A stretch of 64,000 nucleotides of DNA. Origin: the human T2T-CHM13v2.0 reference genome, Homo sapiens. The position numbers and the translations under genes were made by a program. Within the stretch, counting starts at the first letter, position 1; each line of letters begins with the position of its first letter. The stretch lies in assembly GCF_009914755.1 (NCBI RefSeq), contig NC_060926.1. The stretch is one strand, 5' to 3'. Positions 55,851 through 64,000 of this stretch are shown one piece after another. The notes under the pieces are model-generated. The model saw only the letters and a list, made by a program, of their open reading frames with translations, was not told where the DNA came from and searched no databases.

Positions 55851-57534
55851 TCAAGTACTATTTGTACCTTTTCTCCCAATATAAAGCTTTTATATCATCA
55901 GATTTTAAAAAGTCACGATTTATCATTAGTTCATGATGTCAGGAGTTATGAGCAATATTAGTTGGTAGAATGAAAACTAATAATAGCCCCAGTTTTAGAG
56001 AATGCATTAACTTTGTTCTAATGTTACATCTCTTTCAAAATTTGAACTGCATACCTCAACCAGTTCACTACATGTTACTCAAGCCAGTGGTTAAACTCAT
56101 TATTTTCCCTCAACCAGATAACTCAAAAGATTTCTTGAATGCTCCTTTTTAGTTGCTGATTACTTTTAAGTTATTCCGTATTTTGTAATATTTCATGTTT
56201 CCTAGAGATGAATTTTCAAGTGAGATATACTTATTTTCAAGACATTTATTAATTAAAAAGGAAAACACAGAGGTACCAAATGCGTGTCAGAGTGATGGTC
56301 AGATACTGTAGCTGTTCTACAGCTACATCTGTGGAATATTACTCTGGGGAGAATCCTAGAGATTTTCCACCTCTTCATTTAACAGCTGGGGAAACTGAGG
56401 CCCAGAGAAGGTGAGTGGCTTGTCTGAGGTCCCAGGGTCCTCTTGGATTTTCTCCCTGGCATCCTTTTTTGTTCCTCTGCCCATCTATTGATACCATCAC
56501 CCATTACCTCTGATCTTCCAAGACATAGCCTGGTAGCCTGGGAAGGCATCTCTCCCGCCTCAGAGAAGGGGGGCTGAGCCAGCTAGCACTTCTAACATGA
56601 GGGATTCACAATGTGACTTTAGTACTTCGAAATGCTGTGAATTTTCATTAGGGATGCCCCCATGTTTCAGTGTATATTCCAAAGTGAATACTGTAAAAGC
56701 TCACTTTTCTAGGGAGTATTCCAGCAGCCTCCACTCCAGGGCGTCAGCCCTAGAAGTAAGAAAGGCCTCTGGGCATTGAGCTTGTTGAGCCAGAGCTGGG
56801 AGCCTCACTAGGTCTTCTTTGACCTTCCCCACCTGGAAGTAACCTCTGCTGCCTCTGAGCCTGACTGTTGTGCTTTCTGTGCTGCATCTCTCCCAGGGTA
56901 CTGTTTATCCTTTATACTGTTGACCTGTGTTCACTTCAACTCCTTGAGGGCAGGGATGCAGTCAGATGCACATTTATATCCTCATGGTCCTATTAAAAGG
57001 CTTTATGCATAGTAGAGGCTCAATATATAAATATTTAATTGATTGATAGCAGTTTACTTAAATTTTTAGCTGATTTTCCAGCTTGAGGCAGAGTAAAAGT
57101 AGCAAACCTAAAAGAAACTAGGGAGGTTTAGAGGTGGGTCCAGTAAGTAGCATGGTGAGAAATGACACCAAGAAGAGAGAACACTCAAAAGCAGATGCAG
57201 AACTCAGTGGGTTTTCATTCAATATGCATTTACTGAGTATCTGCCTTGTGTGGAACCCTGTATTATAACAGCATGAGATGAAGAAAATAATGATAATAAT
57301 GCTGTGTCCTGAGTCATTTAGGAATTATTTTATTTAGCATCCTTAAAGCATACTTTGGATTAACTGTAATAATATTGGATTGTTTGATATTTTGGTTTCT
57401 TTATGTATTGGTTTCCAGAAGGAGTATGGATAATTGAGTCAGTTAGACGAAGTGAGCAAATACCCTTTCTCAATCCTTGTATGCGTTACAGATATTAACT
57501 ACAACTGCCAATATCTTCCCCTTTTATCCTACAG

Positions 57535-57603
57535 CAACAAAAGAGGTACCAGCAGACAAAGAGTTCCGCCTTAGTAATTCAGTCTTATATCCGGGGTTGG
57601 AAG
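57535..57603 (+). CDS. MYO1B: MYO1B exon 21: QQKRYQQTKSSALVIQSYIRGWK, IQ3
   Basis: cttttatcctacag| and |gtgagt; 69 nt (23 codons, one IQ repeat), phase 0-0. Confidence 0.97.
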
Positions 57604-58105
57604 GTGAGTTTAAAAGAAGTATGCTTTATTTATTTTGGGTTTTCTGGTTTTTCACAAAGGATAATGTCTTTAGGGTCACCCTGCAGAGGAGGGGCTCCTC
57701 TGTCTCCTGCCTCGCCTGTAAACAGTCAGATGGAAAGAATAAATATTATGGGCCAAACGGGGACCCTGGTGACCATGTCTTGGCCACTTCCTTCTAACCA
57801 GCTTTCTTTTTAAGCGCTTTGTTCTCTAAGCAGGAAGTCCTTGAAATAATACCCGTACATGATTTCAGTATCCCTTTGCCCCGTGTTTTCGAGAAAAGCT
57901 GTGGTACAGAAGGCTATCTCACAGCCATTGCTTTCATACTCAGAATCCCTACCCCAGTGACTTCCGTAACTGTCCAGTAACCATCTTGCAGGCTACCCAT
58001 CACGATTGAAAGATCCTGAGATCTGGCCAGGTCTAGTGGTGGGGACATGGAGGAGCCGTCACAGTGGACAGCCTGGTTCTAGGTCCTTGCTGCCAAGGCT
58101 TGGTT

Positions 58106-58232
58106 CAAGGGTCACTGAACTACAGGCCACAGGCTACAGCTAGCCTGCTTGCGTGTTCTCATACAACCTGCAAGCTAAGAATGGTTTTTATATTTTTAAC
58201 CGTTGTTTTTAAAAAAGCAAAAGAAGATGATT

Positions 58233-58266
<34 letters not shown>

Positions 58267-60460
58267 TAGGTGGGATGTATTTTTTTTATTTTTTATTTTA
58301 TTTTATTTATTTTTTTTTAATTGACCATTCTTGGGTGTTTCTCGCAGAGGGGGATTTGGCAGGGTCATAGGACAATAGTGGAGGGAAGGTCAGCAGATAA
58401 ACAAGTGAACAAAGGTCTCTGGTTTTCCTAGGCAGAGGACCCTGCGGCCTTCCGCAGTGTTTGTGTCCCTGGGTACTTAAGATTAGGGAGTGGTGATGAC
58501 TCTTAACGAGCATGCTGACTTCAAGCATCTGTTTAACAAAGCACATCTTGCACCGCCCTTAATCCATTTAACCCTGAGTGGACACAGCACACGTTTCAGA
58601 GAGCACAGGGTTAGGGATAAGGTCACAGATCAACAGGATCCCAAGGCAGAAGAATTTTTCTTAGTACAGAACAAAATGAAAAGTCTCCCATGTCTACTTC
58701 TATCCACACAGACCCGGCAACCATCCGATTTCTCAATTTTTTCCCCACCCTTCCCGCCTTTCTATTCCACAAAACCGCCATTGTCATCATGGCCCATCCC
58801 CAATGAGCCGCTGGGCACACCTCCCAGACGGGGTCGTGGCCGGGCAGAGGGGCTCCTCACTTCCCAGTAGGGGCGGCCGGGCAGAAGCGCCCCTCACCTC
58901 CCGGATGGGGCGTCTGGCCGGGTGGGGGGCTGACCACCCCACCACCCTCCCAGACGGGGCGGCTGGCCAGGCAGAGGGGCTCCTCACTTCCCAGTAGGGG
59001 CGGCCGGGCAGAGGCGCCCCTCACCTCCCGGACAGGGCGGCTGGCCGGGCGGGGGGGCCGACCCCCCCACCTCCCTCCCGGACAGGGCGGCTGGCCGGGC
59101 AGAGGGGTCCTCACTTCCCAGTAGGGGCGGCCGGGCAGAGGCGCCCCTCACCTCCCGGACGGGGCGGCCGGCTGGGCGGGGGGCTAACCCCCCCATCTCC
59201 CTCCCGGACGGGGCGGATGGCCGGGCAGAGGGGCTCCTCACTTCCCAGTAGGGGCGGCCGGGCAGAGGCGCCCCTCACCTCCCGGACGGGGCGGCTGGCC
59301 AGGCGGGGGGCTGATCCCCCCACCTCCCTTCTGGACGGGGCGGCTGGCCGGGCGGGGGGCTGACCCCCCACCTCCCTCCCGGACAGAGACGCTCCTCACT
59401 TCCCAGACGGGGTGGCTGCCGGACGGAGGGGCTCCTCACTTCTCAGACGGGGCGGTTGCCAGGCAGAGGGTTTCCTCACTTCTCAGACGGGGCGGCCGGG
59501 CAGAGACGCTCCTCACCTCCCAGACAGGGTTGCGGCCCAGCAGAGGCGCTCCTCACATCCCAGACAGGGCGGCGGGGCAGAGGCGCTCCCCACTCAGATG
59601 ATGGGCGGGTCAGGCAGAGATGCTCCTCACTTCCTAGATGGGATGGCGGCGGGGAAGAGGCGCTCCTCGCTTCCTAGATGGGATGGCGGCCGGGCAGAGA
59701 CGCTCCTCACTTTCCAGACTGGGCAGCCAGGCAGAGGGGCTCCTCACCTCCCAGACGATGGGCGGCCAGGCAGAGACGCTCCTCACTTCCCAGACGGGGT
59801 GGCGGCCGGGCAGAGGCTGTAATCTCGGCTCTTTGGGAGGCCAAGGCAGGCGGCTGGGAGGTGTAGGTTGTAGTGAGCTGAGATCACGCCACTGCACTCC
59901 AGCCTGGGCACCATTGAGCACTGAGTGAACGAGACTCCGTCTGCAATCCCGGCACCTCGGGAGGCCGAGGCTGGCGGATCACTCGCGGTTAGGAGCTGGA
60001 GACCAGCCCGGCCAACACAGCAAAACCCCGTCTCCACCAAAAAAAAACGAAAACCAGTCAGGCGTGGCGGCGCGCACCTGCAATCGCAGGCACTCGGCAG
60101 GCTGAGGCAGGAGAATCAGGCAGGGAGGTTGCAGTGAGCTGAGATGGCAGCAGTACCATCCAGCTTTGGCTCGGCATCAGAGGGAGACCGTGGAAGGAGA
60201 CCGTGGGGAGAGGGAGAGGGAGAGGGAGAGGGAGAGGGAGGAAGATGATTTCATGACATATGAAAAGTATATGGAATAGAGATTTCAGTGTACATAAATA
60301 AAGTTTTATTGGAACACAGCCACATTCATTTATTTCACAGATTGTCTGGCTGCTGTAGCACTACAGTGGTAGAGTCAAGTAGTAGCGATAGACTGTGTGA
60401 CCTTCAGAGCCAAAAGCAGTTACCATCTGGCATTTTACAGAAAAAGTTTACTGATCCCTG
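58106..60460 (+). mobile_element. MER58B DNA transposon split by the SVA (halves 58106-58234 and 60253-60460)
   Basis: Left half caagggtcactgaactac...gctaagaatggtttttatattttt...aaaagaagatgatttc continues after the SVA as atgacatatgaaaag...taaataaagttttattggaacacagcc...tttacagaaaaagtttactgatccctg, collinear with recalled MER58B. Confidence 0.85.
58235..60240 (-). mobile_element. SVA retrotransposon, near full length, antisense to MYO1B (most resembles SVA_F by recall)
   Basis: Minus-strand order: (CCCTCT)n hexamers (~60205-60240), Alu-like domain (~59800-60200), GC-rich VNTR (~58820-59800), SINE-R (~58320-58820), A tails; 12-bp TSD GAAGATGATTTC at 58223-58234 and 60241-60252. Confidence 0.96.
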
Positions 60461-61307
60461 ATCTAGGTCAACGATACTTCAGAGCCTGTTCTGACCACTT
60501 TCCTGTGAGGAGACTTTGTGGTATGGTCTGGATCCAGAGGGGTAGTGCCCAGGCCTGGAGCCCTTTCAGAGGGTAGACGCTGGGTCCCGAGTCCAGCAAC
60601 ACTGACTGACCTTGCCCAGGCCCTCGACAACTTAAGGGCTTAGCAGTTGTCTCACAGCAAATGGCAAAACACAAATCTGAACATGTAGAGTTAAGTGAAA
60701 CTGCTGCCTGCAGGCTCTTCCTTGGCCTCATGGCTGGACCTTGGGGCCCCGTTTATAGGCGAGAGACCTTAGAGGAAGGACCCAAAGTCCACCTTGAAAC
60801 CAGGTGTCCTCCTGGCCCCCATAAAATCAGTTTCCAGCAACTAATGGAAAGAAGTCACTGGTTTGGGATCAATGAGATCATTTTGGTTTTGGAGTTTTAA
60901 AAATATCTTGAATAAAAAGGACAGCTACAGTTACATTCCAGGCAATAATAATGAAAGAGATACAGTGGCCTTTAGAGGATCATTGGAATCCTCTGGCCCC
61001 TTTCTGAGAACTGTTTCATCCCACAGATGTGTGCCAGCTTGTGGTGCTGTAGTCAGATTTTTCCCATTGTGTATCAGGGTACGGGAGGCTGCTGTTCCAA
61101 TCAAGTGGAAACCCATGCTTAATGATGTCTTCATTGTCCACCTTCTCATAGTCAGTTTGGGGCTAGTCACCTTCGCCTTCTTTAACCTGTTGATTTATCA
61201 CAATAGCATGGGTGTTAGGACGATCATCTCTTCAGGTTTTTTTTTCAAGTCACTGTCAATTCCTTTATTTTTAAACATTCTCTCTTTTGGGTGATTCTGC
61301 CCTTTAG

Positions 61308-61394
61308 GCTCGAAAAATTCTGCGGGAACTGAAGCATCAAAAGCGCTGTAAGGAAGCAGTCACGACCATTGCTGCATATTGGCATGGGACCCAG
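61308..61394 (+). CDS. MYO1B: MYO1B exon 22: ARKILRELKHQKRCKEAVTTIAAYWHGTQ, IQ4
   Basis: ctgccctttag| and |gtaggc; 87 nt, phase 0-0. Confidence 0.96.
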
Positions 61395-61674
61395 GTAGGC
61401 CCGAGACCCCAAGGAAGGCGGTGGGTCAGCAGTAACGTCATGTGGAACCATGAACCCTCGGCTTCAGGGGCAGAAAATGTTTCACTGGCTTGAGCTACTG
61501 AGCACGTGTTTGCTTCTTGCTCTTTCCAACATTTTGTTGTGGGGTGGTGGCACATGCTTTTGCGTTTACCATTTGGTGGTGACTAGTGTCTCTCTTTTTC
61601 TTTCTTCATTGAAAACCAGCAGTAACCTTTCCTGCCTTAAACTTTTCTGTAACTCCTTTTCAAATGCATCACAG

Positions 61675-61761
61675 GCACGAAGGGAACTGAGACGGCTGAA
61701 GGAGGAGGCTAGGAATAAACATGCTATTGCAGTTATTTGGGCTTACTGGCTTGGATCTAAG
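61675..61761 (+). CDS. MYO1B: MYO1B alternative exon 23: ARRELRRLKEEARNKHAIAVIWAYWLGSK, IQ5
   Basis: catcacag| and AAG|gtactt; 87 nt, phase 0-0; known cassette exon of the lever arm. Confidence 0.96.
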
Positions 61762-61871
61762 GTACTTGATGCACATATCCCAACACTCCATCCTGGAATT
61801 CTGCAATAATCAGTCCTTACCTCTAGCCTATTAGGGGATGAATGACTACAATTAATAGTGGCTCACACTGG

Positions 61872-62113
61872 TGCATGTCCTAGCCGCCAGATTTAACACA
61901 CCTGGAAACATTAGTTCAGTAGTATGCATAGGAAGCTTAGGCATGCATAGGTCAATAAAACTAATTGCTTACTAAAAAGGCACTAGTATCATTGCTCTTT
62001 AAAACAAAACAAAACAAAACAACTCTTAAATAACATGCATGTTTAGGTTCCCCCCCGCCCCCATTGATGAATGCTAGCAGTTTTTTAGAGGTTTTCTGGA
62101 GGGGTTGCGCATG
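61872..62113 (+). promoter_or_regulatory. Candidate intronic splicing enhancer downstream of exon 23 (RBFOX and QKI motifs)
   Basis: TGCATG at 61872 and 62036, GCATG at 61941 and 62109, ACTAAT at 61960. Confidence 0.6.
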
Positions 62114-63557
62114 TTGGGAATGTTCAAGTTTGGGCTTCAGTCGGTCTTCTGCAACATGTTGACAATGGAAATGCCTCTAACATATGTCTTAAAAATATTA
62201 ATTTATGAATGAAATTTTTTTTTAGGCTCAGTGTGGCAGCTATTGATTATTATAAGCAAAATATTACATGTGCAAAGAATTATCATCTGTGATTTAACAG
62301 AAAACTATGTTCATGCACAGCTAGCTATGATTGCCACTGAAGAATCCCAGGAATTTCAGCATCAGCTGTTTGTTTTCAGAAACAAAGGCCTCCTGAAATA
62401 CTCTCACTAATCCCCAGGCATAGTCGTGGGCTCTGTGAACATTTCACATACCCCAAGGGACAAGATTTTTAGATGTTTTTGTTACTTAGAAAATCAAAGT
62501 CATCTTTGCTAAAAATGTGTATTCCAGTTAGAAACACAAACATCAACAGAGTCCTGTGTTTTGAAGTCCACCTTGTCAATGTTGTAAGCCTATCTTATGA
62601 GAAAATGAGAAAAGTCAACATCTGCCTGCATAAAGAGCTAATTTGCCAAAAACTAACCAGAGTTGTTCATCTGTGCTTTTCCTGAAAATCTGTGAAGAAC
62701 AAACTTGTTCCTCTAGTCAACTGAGGGAAATGTCATAGCAGAAGCAAAAGGACTCTTAGGTGGGTCTTGCTAAGATTTCTCCATCCAGTGAGTTCATTTC
62801 CCAGTCTCAGTACTATAATATCTTGAACAATCAGTGCCTATTTGTATCCTTTAGAATAGCTTGCCTAAGATTATTTTTTCCCTAAGAGTAATTTTTAAAC
62901 CTATAAGTTTAACCTATAATTGCTTCAGTCTTCCTGTATATTTTACTTTTGCGACCTTAGCTAAAATTGAATTTTTACACGTGCCAGTTTTCATTTTTTG
63001 ACTGGAAGGAATTTTTGAGTTTTGTTAGTTTTGGTTTTTGTTTGCACTTCAGAGAAATAAACTTTTTTCCTCCCAGTTTTCTAAGTGATTGTTCACAAGA
63101 GTTGTCTTTTTATCCATCCAAAGGGATGAACTCAGGAGTGCATAGCTTCTTCAGCCCAATGTGCTGTCAGCAAAGGGGAGTCTAATGACATCATTAGGGC
63201 TGTTACTCAGAGTTTGAAGGCTTTGATATGGGAGTGAAAGAGTGTGGAGAAGGCAGCGAACAGAGAGAGAGAACAGGAGAAAAAAGGAAAGGAATGGAAG
63301 TGAGGGGTGGGAAATGATTACCTTGGGAACCACACAGATTGTCCTTCTCTGGAACAGAATCTCAGTGCACTGAAAATATAAGCGCTGCACCAGCCTGACA
63401 CCAATTCTTTGGGTTTAAATTGTTATGCACTGTTCCTCTGTCATTCTGAAATCCTTATTCATAAATTGGCTCTTCTGTTTGGTGGGATATCTTTTTCTGG
63501 TCATTTGTGCTGTCTGCATTGGGCTGTCTCTTTTATTTACTATCTAAAACATTCTAG

Positions 63558-63644
63558 GCTCGAAGGGAATTGAAACGCTTGAAGGAGGAGGCTAGGCGTA
63601 AGCATGCAGTTGCTGTCATTTGGGCTTACTGGCTTGGACTGAAG
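63558..63644 (+). CDS. MYO1B: MYO1B alternative exon 24: ARRELKRLKEEARRKHAVAVIWAYWLGLK, IQ6
   Basis: acattctag| and AAG|gtactt; 87 nt, phase 0-0; paralogous to exon 23. Confidence 0.96.
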
Positions 63645-64000
63645 GTACTTCCTCAACCACTTGTTTCTGTCCAGGGTGAACTTCATAAAGCCTAGCACCT
63701 ACTAACCCTGAGAAAATGATTGATTATGCTTGCTGATGGTCTGCACAGTCTTGTAGAATGTCATCTTGCTTAATTTTGTACCTTTTTCAGAAGAAACCTA
63801 TACACTAATTTTTTTCTGATTTTGTGATTTCTATTTCTTTAAATAATAGGTTTAATGTAATAGCAATATGGCATGTTTTATTCAAGATACTATGTTATCA
63901 AAGTTCTAGTTTGTTATCTTTATGAGTGTAAAGTTGTTTTTTTAAAATCTGTGAGACACAGTTACAATAGTTGAGCTAAAAGCTGCCCTACATCCACAGT

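Noticed and set aside
58820-59800. Repeat/spacer-like array (gctcctcacttcccag units) superficially like CRISPR, plus many overlapping GC-rich ORFs
   Set aside because: It is the SVA VNTR: the intervening segments are themselves repeats, the context is a human intron and there are no cas genes. The ORFs reflect stop-codon scarcity in GC-rich repeats
60863-61294. 143-aa plus-strand ORF upstream of exon 22
   Set aside because: Ends in a stop before the exon 22 acceptor, resembles no protein I recognise, and has intronic composition

Overview
Human (primate) genomic DNA: an internal 64-kb stretch of the myosin-IB gene MYO1B on the + strand. I could splice 20 consecutive coding exons (numbered 5-24 by my recollection of the gene). 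All introns are GT-AG with consistent phases, giving 2,210 nt of uninterrupted frame from just after the P-loop (EASKLVMSY...) through switch I/II and the converter to the six IQ motifs. The last two 87-nt exons (23, 24) are the known alternatively spliced lever-arm exons. Introns hold Alu, MIR, L2, L1M, MLT1 and MER elements, microsatellites and a U6 fragment. I found no new gene system, and there are no prokaryotic features or CRISPR arrays. The most notable items are: (i) an L1-mobilised, polyadenylated HERV-H/LTR7 mRNA retrocopy with a 15-bp TSD; (ii) an antisense SVA inside a MER58B, with a short 3' transduction that creates a T31-GTAG|GTGGGA splice-site-like sequence on the MYO1B strand upstream of the IQ exons; (iii) a 162-nt AG-free zone and RBFOX/QKI/ESRP motif clusters around exons 23-24; (iv) a young AluYa5. 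Repeat subfamily calls are from recalled consensus sequences, not from a search.
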